64,000 nt of DNA from Guillardia theta CCMP2712 (Eukaryota; Protista; Cryptophyta), in NCBI RefSeq assembly GCF_000315625.1, contig NW_005434571.1, positions 126,092-190,091 on the forward strand, read 5' to 3'. The notes beneath the pieces are model-generated. The model was not told where the DNA came from. It made no database searches and saw nothing but the letters and a program-made list of their open reading frames with translations. The position numbers and the translations under genes are program-made. Below, one piece after another: positions 25,801-38,495 of this stretch; the first letter of the stretch is position 1; each line of letters opens with the position of its first letter.

Positions 25801-28003
25801 TCTGACCGTCAAGTGGTGCTTGCTGCATCTGATCGCCTCCAACGATGTTCTCCATAAGAGGGAGTTGCAACGGCGAGCTAGAGAGTCGCTGCAGGGAGTG
25901 AAGGTGTGGAGGAACAAGACGACCGGAAAAGACGAAATCATCTTTGAGGTGCGCAAGAATCAAAACTTGTACTTTATCATACTCGCAAGCAGTCAGGAGA
26001 TCATCTGGAACCACTACAAGGATGCCAAGAAGCGTGCAGAGCAAATCCTCTCAGAGTCCTTTGAATTCCCTGGAGTCCTTTGGTGCAGCGACGCTGAGAT
26101 TGACCTGCTACTGACCAACCTTCGACCCTTCCTGTCCACAAGCAGCTTGCTAGTCAACACACGCACCGCGAGCAGAGTTCTGAATGAGACCCCTAGCAAC
26201 TCGTGTGTTGTCCTCACCAACCTTTCCTTCCGGGAGCTCGTGATTGCCCGCTACGACCCGGTCGGCTCCATGAAGAGGACTGAGGATGGGCACATGCTGG
26301 TAGACAGACATGGAGTTGGTTGGGACGGGGTGAATGTATGGAGAGTGTCGAAGCAGACATGGCTGAATGAACTCGTCGTTGCTCCGAAAGCTATCATGGA
26401 CTCTGATGACCGTCTGCTGGACAAGTCGCTAACGATGCCGCGAGCAGCGGAAGGGAAGGCGCCACTGATCAAACTCACGAATGCTGGAAACTTCTTACAG
26501 TCCCTCGACGATGATTTTATCTGGCACTTGCACAAGTTTGGACAGGTTCTCTCTCTGTTGCCTGGACTGCAGATTGAGAAGAAAGAGTTTGTCGCCAAGT
26601 CTCAATTGCAACCTTTTATCTCCTCTAGATTCTTGCACGATGAGAAACTCCTCTGTGTCTTCTCCTCCAAACTGAAGAAAACAAGCTCATCGTCATTGGA
26701 CCTGACGGGCAATGGAAACATCCTTGAAATGGAAAGCGTCAGTGAAGTATCCCTCGGAAAGACTGCTTGCTTTCTTGTTGCAACAGATGCAAACTCTGGA
26801 AAGCGAACTCATGGAAGGTATGTGATTGAAGACCACGATGACTTGCTGAAAACCTCAAAGTGGTCTTGTAATTTCACATGCAACACGTCTGCTCTGTCTC
26901 GGCTGAAAACAATGGATGTAAGAAAGGTACAGAGCTTTGCTGCTGGTCTAGACTTTTCTCTGTTTGGCAAGCACGAGAACTACATCATGACAGGAGGGAG
27001 TGGCAACAACAATCTTAAGAAGTTTTCTTCCATCAGAACAAAACTTTACAAGTTAAAGGAACAAGAGGACGCATCGTTGTTTCTCTACGAGGGCAGGGCT
27101 GTGAAGTTGACATGCCGGGATGTGAATGGCAAGAAGGATGCTGTTGACCTGGTATATGCCGACACCGGCGAGGTCTTGTGGCGAAAGACCAAACCATGGT
27201 TCTCGGTGCGTGTTGGTGGGCCTCTCATTATCTACTTCACGTCATATGAGTCGAGCGTACCGGGAGGCAAGACAGTAGAAGAGATCGTCTCCGACAACCT
27301 CGGGACGGTGCATCTGGTCACAGAAGCTTCACAGCGAAACAGCAAGCAGAGCCTGCACGCTCATTTCTTTCATGTTGACAACTACCTCCGCGCCATAGAC
27401 GAGCTGAAGGCGAACGGCATCGTGTTCAAAGTAGATCAGGAGAGCAGCAAGGTTGCAAGGAGTGCGATCAGCGTGTGGCTGATCTTGAAGAGCAAAGAGA
27501 CTCCCTTTCATGTCAAACATTGGTGCTACACGTTCCGAAACGTCAAACAAGTCGATCTCTTCGATCAGAGCTGGCACTCGCTCTTCATATCCGTTGACAA
27601 CGAGATTTTGCTCTTCCTCGATGGTGACTGTCGCATCTCCCCAGCGCTACCGGAGGGCTACACGACTGGCCCTGACCCGGACGACTTTGTTCTCTCGATG
27701 AGTAACTTCTACCACCTCGGCTGTTTCAGCGGCTACTTCAACAACCTTACCTTCTACGAAAGAAACCTCTCGATACAAGAAGGGATAGCAATGACGACAC
27801 TGACAGAGGCCTACGCCTCTTCTCAGCAGATCAAGTACGACGCGGAGGCAGAAGGGGAGGTAGCACGGCAGGAGCTGGACTCGGTGACGACGACGTATGA
27901 GGAGGTCATCAAGGAGGATGCACCCCGAGCCTACTGGGCCATGCAGGAGACCGATGGGTTCAAGTGCACCGATCACGCTCCTGATGCAAGAGAGAACAAG
28001 TCG

Positions 28004-28088
<85 letters not shown>

Positions 28089-31000
28089 GCGACCTCACCT
28101 TCGAGTCGAAGCATGATGGGGGGGTCCTCAAGGGTGACAAGGGGCCTCCATCGCTCCAATGCTGCTCCGTCTCCTTGCAGGTGAATTACTTGACGTCTAT
28201 GAAGCTTGTGCGCCGTCCGCTGACGTGAGTGTCTGGCAGGGAGGAGCGATGAGAGGAAGGGATGGCGAGATGTGCGATCAGCGAGCTATGAAGGGGAGGG
28301 CGCAGCTGAGATTTACCACTGTGGAGCTCCGTGACCTGACGATAGAGACTTGGATTCGGAGGAATGTCTTGTCGTTGAACACGTCGGAGACAATCGTCAG
28401 CTCGAGCAACGAAGCAAACATGACCGACGGCGACTTCTTCTGGTCCCTCGACAAGACTGGAGGTATCAACTTCCACATCGTCGGCCATGAGCGTTCTGTC
28501 GGGCCCTGCCCTGTGGGGAAGATTGACGATGTGGAGTGGCATCATATCGCAGTTGTGCGATCGTCGGACCCTTCTGTTGTCAACAACTGGATGTTCTACA
28601 AGGACGGACATCTTGTGTGGAGTACGCGGCACGAGGGCGTTCCGATATTTCATCCCTTCACCAACATCCTCATAGGCAAGCGGCACGGAGAGTTCTGGGG
28701 AGGGGACAGGAAGTGGAGACCAGGAGTCGGGGATCAGACCTGCCTGCAAGCAAGCCTCTGCCACCTTGCGGTTTACAACCATGCTGTAAGGGCAGAGAGA
28801 CTGTATCTCCATTACGCGTTTGAGGGGAAAGACAGCAAGGGTGAGATCACTGACAATGATGCAAAGAAGACAACGAGTATTGTCAAGCTTAACAAAGACA
28901 AGAGAGAGGAGCAGGAGGGTCGAGATCTGCTTTTGCCGCCTCGTCCTCCTGCTGGAGGTTTGACTCTGACGGCGCACAGGCGGGAGAGGTTCACGACGAA
29001 GTTGTGGAGCAGAACAAACGTCATGACATCGGCAGATGTCTCGTCGTTCTATGAGAGTCTGCAGCAGAACAACATCTGGAAACTCACGCGGCGAATGTTC
29101 TCTCCTACGATATCTGGAGAGAACTTCAATCGGGATGATGCGGTAGGAAACAGCACTTTGAATGTTCACCCCCCCGCAAGCTTCGCCACTAGCCTCGCTA
29201 GAAACCTGCTGGAGGAAACGGCTCAGAGCATGTTGGAGACAGGAATCAAGACTGCAGACCCGGTGAGACGTGTTAACGATAGACATGTTTCATGTTCATG
29301 ACCTACATATTCCGTGTTCATCGTAGTCATATTACATGTTCTTGATGACCATGTTGTGTGTTCGTGACAGTCTTGATGTATGATTGTCCAGAGGTGGTGA
29401 CGATTGACCGTGACATGCAGGAAGGACTCGGGTTATGGAGCTGTGCGTCCTATTTTTCCCTCGAAGAGCTGCCGAGACTTGCGATCGTGTGCAGGAGGTG
29501 GAAGACTTTGGGAGAAATGCTGTCAAACCTGTGCTTCCTTGTACGGTCGATCATCTTGCTAGGGCTCGAGAACACCTTGCTCAGTTTCGAGCTGGCGATT
29601 CATTGCATGAACGTGCAGGAGAGCTCGAGCGACGAGCTGTCAGCTGCCAAAGTTGTCCTCAACTCTCACCGAAACTTCCTGATCGAGATGCGATCGCTGA
29701 GCCAACGAGGAAAGCTGAGCAAAGTGCAGATTGCGGACTTTGCAATCAAGAGGAAACTGAAATCTGTGCAAGATGTTGGGTATGTCATCTCAGACACGAT
29801 CTACAAGGCCCAGAGGATACTGGGAAGCAACAGTAGGAGGGAGTCGATGACTGTTCAACAGCTCATGGACGTCAACTTGGAGGTAGAGGCCTACCGTCAC
29901 CGTCTGGCTGCTGTGCAGGAACTCGGGCTGATTGCTTGCGGGCCATTCGATGACAAGACGTTCCACTCCATCCTTGATCAGCTCAGTGAGTGGAAGCAGC
30001 GGAACCTTGTTTCTCTTCGTGATCTCGTTCAAGTTGCCAAGAGCTCCCAAGCGGGAGATCGCAACGAGGTTGACGGCAAGGTGGCGACGCTGGTCACCAT
30101 GACAACTGCAGAGGATCATATGCAGCAACGTGCGCATGTCCGGCTTGTCTGCGATGTCTCGTTCGGTTCCTCCCTCCAGCAGTTGGTTGTCTCGGTAGCT
30201 CGACAGGCGAACCGCAGCAAAGAAAGGTCCTGGACCTGTCACATCGTGAGGGTGGAGCCTTTTTTCCCCACTGCTCCTTCACAGCCTGGCGTGCTGATAG
30301 TCCTCGACACTGTGAAACAGGAAGCAGAGTCTGTCATAGCAGACCTCCGCCTGCTCCCCACTCGATTCCTCAGCGTCTCTAGCTGTGAAGAACCCTCCTC
30401 CTTCCTCTCCCTCTTCCTCCTCCCTCACGAGTCCCTAGCTCTCACCCAAGAGCGCAAGGTGCAACTGGCTCAGGCCTTGCACAAGGATCTGACGCTGGTG
30501 ACCGGAGCCTCCTGTACCCCGCACGTGCTGATGGAGAGGAACAACGTGGTGCTAGTGGAGCTACTTGATGGAGACTTGAAGCCCCTCACGCAAGACAAAC
30601 TGCGTCAGGCTCATCAGCTGCTCAGCGCGGAACTTGCCAACAGCTCGAGCAAATTCATGACGGGGACGGTGTCGAGAAGGGTTGTTGCTATCAGAGCTTT
30701 CTCAGCATGGTTGCCACGTCACAGCTGGAGCTCAGGTAACGACGTGATGACGAGCATGGACGTGGATGGGCCGATACTGGACGTGAGGAGTAACTTCGGA
30801 GATCTTGTGTGTGAGAGGAGACTATTGGACAGCATCATTCTCCCTGCATGCCGCAAGTACATCAAGGCAAAGACGAGCGACCTTGGGTGGATAGACTTGT
30901 GTTATGGAGGGTCCGAACAGATCGAATGGATGGAAACCGATCTCCGGCGGCTTCATCGGGAAGCTTTCATGCGCTCGTCTCCTCGCCTTGTGGGAGGCTG

Positions 31001-34000
31001 GCTAGACGTCGGTCTTTCGATAACTGTGATAGGAGAGAATGAAGGAATGGCTGTCGAAGACAATGAAGCTGAGGGGGAGGAAGAGATCAACCCTTTGATG
31101 CACTGGCTTGCGTTTTCTCGTGAGGAGCAAGCGGAGCCAAGAGTGTTCGATGGGCTGATGATGAAGAGAACGAAGACGTTTGTTGAGGATGAAAACTTCC
31201 TTGGTCTACCTCAGTCAGCTCGTTCAAGTATGATGTACTTTGCTGAAGATGAGGAGTCATGGGATGCGACGATGCAGGAGGTGGAGGAGACTTTGGGAGT
31301 GGGTCGATGCAGGATGTTTGATACGAATGTCCTTGGGTACTCTGCCCCAGTCAAGACTATCCTGAAGAAGCTGAGGGAGTGGAAGAGAGATTTGATCCTT
31401 GACTTGCAAGCTCAACGTGCGTTTCACGACTCCAGCAAGTTTGTGAGCGAGGACTCAAAGATTCTGTCAAACTTCATGACAAGAGCTTCTGAAGTTTCCG
31501 TCCGTCAAAGGCTTTACTCGGCGAGGCAGAAACGCAAGCTCATGAGCTACTGGCTCCTCTTGAAAGAGCACTACGACCGGAACGCGTCCCTGAGGCCCTC
31601 CAAGGCTGAGCTCGAAGACTGGGCTGAGATCCAAGAGCTGATGAACGACCCCTTCCTCCTCTCCCTCTCCAGAGAAGACGCAACTTCAGGCGTTCACGGA
31701 ATTCTCGATGGAGACGGCTTCACTTGCCCGGAGCAGGGCAACCCGATCCTTGCTGCCCATGGGCTGAAGGTAGAAGGAGCTGAGTTCCTTGTCCTGGCAG
31801 CAGAGATGGTCGCTAGAGTTTGTTCTGCCTACTCATCAGGTCATAGCTGGAGTGAGTCACAATCTTTGGTGCCGTACATGTCATTCTTGAAGAGGAGAGA
31901 ACGACAGGCCCAGTATCTAGTCAAGTACGCTGAACCCTTTCTAGAGCCCGAGGTTGTCATCAGTAAGACCTTCCCTCCCCACAAGGGGATGAGAGTGTAC
32001 TCCCCGTCGGAAGCTAGGGTTGGCGAGGTCGTGAAGGAGGCGGAGGGCTACGGGATACGTTGGCTGGACGAGGAAGGGGACACAGTCTCCAATCTAGTTT
32101 GGAAGACTAGCTCGCAGGCGACTTCTCGTTACGTTTCCAAGACTCAGTACACTCAGAATCGAGCTGGGGAATATCGGGTGAGCACCCCAAACTTTTGTGT
32201 GTTTCACCGGTTGAGGGCAGCAATTTTGAAATCTTTCAAGCACGAAGGGCAAGCGTCCGTCTTTGTTCTCACAGGAGACAACTGCACCGGCAAGACGGTT
32301 GTTGCTGCTAAGATGATCTTCAGCCTCTTGGAAGAGAAGCACCTGCAGGAGTCCAAGAGGTTGATATCCTTTCTTTTCGTTCCCGGAGGATGCTTCTTCT
32401 TCTCCGGCTCCTTGTCCTCGTTCGAGCAGTCGCCGGCAACGCTGCTTGAGAAGGTTTATTTCGATATCTGCAATCAGGTCCAAGGTGCGCAGCAGCTGCT
32501 CCAGGAAGACGCGTTCCTGCAGACAGAGTACAGCTTCTTTGATGTTGCAGACGTTAAGTCCTACTATCCGTCGGATGTTGCGCTGGAGCACAAGGACGTG
32601 GTTGAGAGGAGGAAGTACGAGAACGTGAAACTGAGATTCTACAAGCTCATGCTGTACATAGCATTGCAAGAGAGTTCGAGGATACAGCAAATTCTCGTCG
32701 TGTTTGATGGTCTTTCCTCATCTTCGATTGCTGTTCTGAAAAGGACATTTGATCATCTGTCTTCAAACATCTTGCAGCCTCTAAGAAAGATGGGACTCAG
32801 CAAACTCAACGTAGCAACTCTCATGACCGGAACGGAAAGACTTCACAGTGACGATTCAGCAAAAATCCCAGGTAAATTTCATATCGAGAAGCTGCTGAAG
32901 AGTGAGAAAGAAGCCCTTATCCTTCAGAAGCTGGTAAAGAACCCTGAGATGATCATCGCGCAGCAGTTCCACGAGAGTCTTCAACCGTTGTTGAATGCGC
33001 TGATTGAGAAGGAAGACAGCGAAAATGTTCTGTTCCTCTCAGCAGTCTGTCGGCGAATCGCAAGATTGACTCAGGAAAAGAAACTTGTCCACATCCAAGA
33101 ATGCCCGACGACTCTGAGAGACCTCTTCATCAAGTCGATTGTCCGGCCCATGGAAACTCGCTTCGGCCGGCACGTAGTGCAAGCCTTACTCCTCAGCCTG
33201 TTGTGTTGCCCTGAAGGAATTCCAGTATCTGATTGCAAACAGATGCTGCAGCAGTACCTCTCGCCGCACCAGACTTCTGGTTATATCCCTATGAATGACC
33301 TTGCGTTCTACCAGATCGTGGCTGAATTCCAGGACTTTATGACTCCCTTGCATTCCAACTGCTGCAGGCTCAGTTTCAAGCATGATTTCATTAGCAAGCT
33401 TGTACTGCAGCATTACTCGATCGCCACATTCGAGGACCAAGTCATCACTGCGACAAAGGAATCCAAGAAAGAGACGTTGGAGGTCGACAACTCAGGGTAC
33501 GTCTTCATTCCCGGGCAAGTATGGTCGAAGCACAAGGATGAGGTACAGGTACAGCTTTACGTGAAGGAGAGTAGCGAGCTATCTGTCATCGACCATCCTC
33601 TCTACCATGTTCGCTTCCTGCAGGAGGTAGAGGTTGTCACTGAAGAGTCCTACGACCTTGAGCCGGTTGACAAGCCCAAGATCCGTCGAGCTCTCAACAT
33701 CCCGGTTGTACCTAAGGGCGTCGGCCAGGCCTGGCCCTTCGTGCAGGCGCCTGACCTTCGTGACCGGATCCTTCAACGGCCGTTGCTCAGCGTTGCATCT
33801 CACAGCTCCGATGACTCTCACCATCGCAGTAGCGTCTTGCGCGGCTTCCCGTCTGTTCCAGAGAAGCGCTACTCCCTCACGGCTTTCTCAGCTCAGGCCA
33901 ACCGCCCCGATCGTTGGAGCAAGGCAGAGGGTCTCAACCCAGGTCCTCCCTCCTTCCTGTACCCTAGCAAACCTGAGAAGAGGGTTGAGGTGCCGCGAGT

Positions 34001-34166
34001 GAAGCCGTCTCCCTCTCTCACAGCGTCACACTGGTCTCTTCCTGGATTCCCTCCCACGTACTCTTGGCAGGACGACAATAGCGAGGATGTTGCCAAGCAG
34101 AACAACAGAGAGCGAGTGAAAGCGTACATGACAAGGAGAAAGCAGGATGTGTTCGGCGAACGTTGA
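19876..34166 (+). CDS. Giant (about 4500 aa) spliced protein: MORN repeats, DUF4062-like + NACHT-like P-loop module 1, LamG with polyQ, DUF4062-like + NACHT-like module 2
   Basis: MORN exon YFGGVVAGLKHGKGTYVWANGSKYEGEW... In-frame GT-AG joins link it to ORF 20792..28228, then through intron 28181-28239 to ORF 28159..29301, then through introns at about 29263-29420 to ORF 29358..34166. Walker A motifs GKAGSGKS and GDNCTGKT. DUF4062-like DLVCERRLLDSIILPACRKY...WIDLCYG. LamG TIETWIR...WHHIAVVR...FYKDG. Confidence 0.7.
28007..28084 (+). repeat. (CAG)26 coding trinucleotide repeat (polyQ)
   Basis: Uninterrupted cag run read as KSK-Q26-KRD. Confidence 0.95.
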
Positions 34167-34399
34167 TGAGAATGCAAGCAGAGGTCAGCGAGTGGTAGAA
34201 GACAATGTGTGATTGATTGTTGTTAATAGTCTTCATGTTCAGTGATCCTAAACTTCAGTAAAGTTGATGCCTATCATATATCGCCCCTTCGATCACAATG
34301 AGAAACATCTGGGGTTCGGTCCAGAACTTGATCTTACAAGTATCTTACACTACTCGCTTACATCTGTTGCCCAACAGTCGTACAAGGACAACTAATCAA

Positions 34400-34867
34400 T
34401 CACGTACCTTTCATTCTTTTTCTCACACTCTCGATGTTGTTCAAAAGAAACGGTTTGCTCGGTTGTGGAAGATCGTCGAGTGGGCGTTTTTTGGCCTTTG
34501 AGAAGTACTCTTTCCTCAGGTAGAAACGATCCTTCTTCTTCGATTCGAACTCCAGCTTCAAGTCTTTCAGTATGATCGAGACTGATTTCTCCTTCCTGTA
34601 AATGGAAAGATCACTTTCGCTGCGTCCAATCCTAGCAAGATCTGCTGGTGTGATGTGCCTGCCCTGGTGCCTTAGCGAGATTCCAGCTATGGTGACTGGC
34701 TTGTCGCCTTGCTGCAACCTGGGCTGCCTCCTCAGGAACTCGAGCTGGTCTGGGATTGGGGATGAGCGGAGGACCATCTTGTTGAAATCCCTCACGCAGA
34801 ATCCCACCACAGCACAAGTGCCATGAGAACATTTCTTAGCTGCTTTGCTCGTGTCACTGTCGGACAT
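34400..34867 (-). CDS. Small hypothetical protein with a CSHGTCAVVGFCVR motif
   Basis: 155-aa intronless ORF sharing a Cys/His motif with 37132..37518. Confidence 0.55.
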   Translation of the reverse strand: MSDSDTSKAAKKCSHGTCAVVGFCVRDFNKMVLRSSPIPDQLEFLRRQPRLQQGDKPVTIAGISLRHQGRHITPADLARIGRSESDLSIYRKEKSVSIILKDLKLEFESKKKDRFYLRKEYFSKAKKRPLDDLPQPSKPFLLNNIESVRKRMKGT

Positions 34868-35519
34868 CGTAACACGGATATCAGCAAGCCCCGCCTCTCC
34901 GATGTCAAGCGAAGTGAAGAAGCGAATATCTCATCGCCGACAGGGAATATTCCATCGGCTGCCTTTCACAATCAGGTTTCTAAGGATAGGGAAACATATC
35001 AGAGTAGGTCAATGGCTGTCGCCTTGACCTCTAGCAGTCTGATAGTTGAACGCGTTGGTAACGCTGCGTGTTAGGAGGGTACCAAGAGGGGAATCTGCCT
35101 GTGCGGTCGATCGCACGTCACTGCTCGTGTAATTTTACTGGATTGTCTACCTTATGATGTTACATCGCCGATCAAATCAGACACCTCGTACCTACTGGAA
35201 TATTTCCTAATGAGGCACATAGATTTTGTCATAGGTATATGAAGCCTGAATGGAGGTTGTCTTGAGCACGCCAACTTTTTTGAACCAATTTAACCAATGC
35301 CATGTGACTTTCTGTCTCAGTCACGAGGCACAAAAAGATAACGCGCATCTCAGAAACACTACCTACCCCACCCTCCGACCGCAAATTGATGGGGGAAACT
35401 GCCACCTACCTTTCCCCCTCTCTTCGCTGTCAAAGTACCCGTACCCTACCGAGAGTCATATTTCACTGAGCACCCTATGAGACACCCCAAGGTCTATCTT
35501 TACACCTGCTCACCACTGC

Positions 35520-36700
35520 TTGCGCCTGTTCTCGTGACCGCCTGCGCATCCGAGGTCACGTGCTCAGCGGCTGCCGCTGTCACTCGAATCGGAGCCATGT
35601 AACTGTGACCGTACAGTGACACTCCGACTCACGGCCCCCGTGTGTGCCGGGACCGTCCGATCGGACTCCCGGACGGGCTGCCCCGGGCCGGTGCCGGCCC
35701 GGGGCCGTGAACTTCGGAAGTCCGGGCCGTCGGAGCCGGGCCCGGCCGGCCCCGGGGCAGTCACGGACGGTGTCGGATGGCACTGAGCGGGCCGCGCGGC
35801 TCAGGCTGCGGCTGAGACCGCCTCAGTGAAACGAGGAGGCTGAGGCTCAGCAGCTTGACTCTGTGACCCTGACACTGTCGCACAGGCCAAACGGCGACTC
35901 GGAGAAGAGTCGAAGAAAAGACACTGCGGCGAGAACCAAACCCACTGATCCTCAGCGCGGCACTGCACTGCAGGACAATCCCCCCGCGCCACTGATGCCA
36001 GCCGCACGGATGTCGCTGTGGCGGCGCCGCCGAAGGAATGAGCCTGTGCCGCACTGACAGTGATACCGGAATGCACGGGCCCGCGATGATGGCCGGGCAG
36101 TGTACTACCGTAGGACACTGGCAGGGAGGCCTTGCCTGAGCTGACGTCGGAAAGATCCTGAGCCTCCGAGGCTGAACCGGATGCGTTTGCAAGTCGGATC
36201 ACCCGGCTGAGACGTCCGAGTCAGCCGAGTCTTGTGAGGCCGAGAGACCATCCAGCGCTCAGCCGTTTCCTTGTTCCGAAGTTCAATTCGCCGAGCCTCG
36301 GAGCGATCCGCCAGCCACCGATTCTCAGGGCAGGCTAGTACGGCGCGCCGCCGCGGCGCGGCAGAGCACCGGCGGGAGCCGCGGCCGGCGCTGAACTTCA
36401 GGCTTGTGCCCCCCCGGTTGAACTTCCCGAGTCCGTTGATCCGAGGGCCGCGGGACTCGACTCGTCCGGGGATCATCGGGCGGCCCCGGCCCGATACGTG
36501 CCCAGGCTACCCGTACAGTGACCGGACCTGATCAGGACCGAACGGTACTAGGCTACCGTACGGTAGTACAGGCTACTGTACCAACTGATTTACTAACCGT
36601 TGAACCGGCAGCTTAACTCTGAACTTGCCAAGTCCGGAACTGAGCGGCCGCAGCCTGCAGTGCGGCGCTCGGCCACCGAGAACTGTCAGACACTGAGAGT
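35520..36700 (+). repeat. GC-rich degenerate repeat island (copy B)
   Basis: Collinear anchor blocks shared with 60715-61090, including an exact 28-mer accggatgcgtttgcaagtcggatcacc (36176-36203 = 61049-61076). Confidence 0.85.
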
Positions 36701-37131
36701 GAGGTATCTTCAACCTGTTCGCCGCCAAGTAACAGCTTTCGATCAAGGATATTTTGGAAAGAGCTGTTTTGTCCTTCCATCCACCTATCGCAGAAAAGAA
36801 CAAGCCTGCTCCCCTGGAATCATGGCACAGTGGTCAGTCTAGATGCAGTGAGAGTCTCAATGATGTCGCAAGCCTATAGTATCTGAGCCTGAAAGGATTA
36901 CGTGCGTGGTCGGTCTCTGATTCAACACTATATCAGGCGATATGAGTATTGTGAAGAAGTCGATGCGCTTCAATCGGAATGACGAGTTCACCCTGTCCAG
37001 AACAAAGCAAGTTTGCTCGTGTAGGATTCCATACATAATATAGTGAAGGGTCATCTACTGGTCATGTATCAAAATGGTGAAATGTCAGGGTTCATCAGCT
37101 GAAAGCTCAGATCATCATGTTTTTATACATG

Positions 37132-37518
37132 TTAAATACTAGGGCATCTACTTCTACACATATCATTGTTACTAATGTCGCTTCCGGATTCCTCTGTGCA
37201 TTCCAATAAGTTCTCTGCGGGGGGGCTAGGTTCAGGGCACACTACTTTTACACTCGCACTTAGGATCCTTTCCGTATAGCACGGTACTGATACCCTCCGA
37301 GTTGCTGAAACTGATTGGTCTTCACGAATGCAGTATCCAACAATCGCGCAGGTGCCGTGATTACAGCTTCTGCGCGTTGGTATAGCTTCGTATTGCTTTG
37401 GTTTGCAAGCAGAGGTCCGTATGAGCTTCATTTCACCAGCGCATCGGTGACTTGTTTCATGGACAACATCTACTTTGTCACAAATTTCATGTGATGTCGT
37501 GGTAGCGGTCGTCTGCAT
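37132..37518 (-). CDS. Small hypothetical protein with a CNHGTCAIVGYCIR motif
   Basis: 128-aa intronless ORF; motif paralogous to 34400..34867. Confidence 0.5.
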   Translation of the reverse strand: MQTTATTTSHEICDKVDVVHETSHRCAGEMKLIRTSACKPKQYEAIPTRRSCNHGTCAIVGYCIREDQSVSATRRVSVPCYTERILSASVKVVCPEPSPPAENLLECTEESGSDISNNDMCRSRCPSI

Positions 37519-37829
37519 TCTTGTGTGGTAGCAGATAGGTGACCTCTATTTTATTAGCTCTAATGTCCTCGTGACCCCACGACCCCATTCAAGTTTACTA
37601 CAATACTCCGAGCTACCCCTACCCCCTCATGGCCCACAAAAAGTACCTAATTTCGATATCCCAGATACACTTCAATGCAGCATGACCCATCCGCGTGACC
37701 AAAAGGTTCGATCATGTGTTCCACCCCCACCCCCTTGGACTGCTTCTGGTACCCTACCTAAATCATCGTGGAGGCTGAACCCCTGGCCCCAGTCAGATCT
37801 CTCCACCCCTCCTTTTCACAAGAATCACC

Positions 37830-38450
37830 GGTACTGCCAGCCTCTTGCACCGCTCACGGACCAGTAGAAGTGCATGGTTGAGGCCACGACCGTGGTCACG
37901 AGGGATACCTCTGAATGCTCACGTTTCAGGCTCCGGAAGGTGTCGAATGTCCGAAACGGTGTAACATAGGAACGACGGCCTGACCCGTGAATGAGGCTGT
38001 GACTGTCTTCTTCTCGTGACCCGCCTGACGGACGGGGGCCGTCGAACTCCGAAGGTGACAAAAGTGTCGCCACCCGGCCGTGTCGCGCCCGCAACCGTCT
38101 CACAGTCACCGGGCGGAGTCCGACGGTCGGACTCACAGGCTGACGGTCTACGGTCAGTGAATCGGATCCGTCACGCCGCCGGTTCCCGGCGGCCCCGGGG
38201 ACCGGGCTCGCCGCAAGGCCCGGCCCCCGCAGGCTGCCAGCCGCGGAGGCTCACCGTGGCAGCATCTTCTTTGCTGATTGTTAACTTAACTTTGAGTAAA
38301 GACAAAGTTAAGTAGACCGCAGCCTGGCAGGGCTTTTTACTCAAAGTTAAGGCAGGGCGGCTGCGGCCGGGCCCGGCTCACTGAGTCAGGAGTCCGGCCG
38401 GGCCCGGCCAACTTGGCCCGGGCCCGGTGAGTGCGCGGCAGTTTGATTTG
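37830..38450. repeat. GC-rich degenerate repeat island with element-end-like AT motif
   Basis: tgattgttaacttaactttgagtaaag (38276-) and inverted tttactcaaagttaag (about 38336-) match the motifs at 12091-12122 and 60657-60705. Confidence 0.65.
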
Positions 38451-38495
38451 AAAGGGCGTGGGCTGATTGGGGGATGAGGCGTCGGTTAAGGCTAG

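Noticed and set aside
28186-29286. 366-aa minus-strand ORF and other long antisense ORFs
   Set aside because: Shadows of the + strand LamG/STAND gene with no recognisable motifs.
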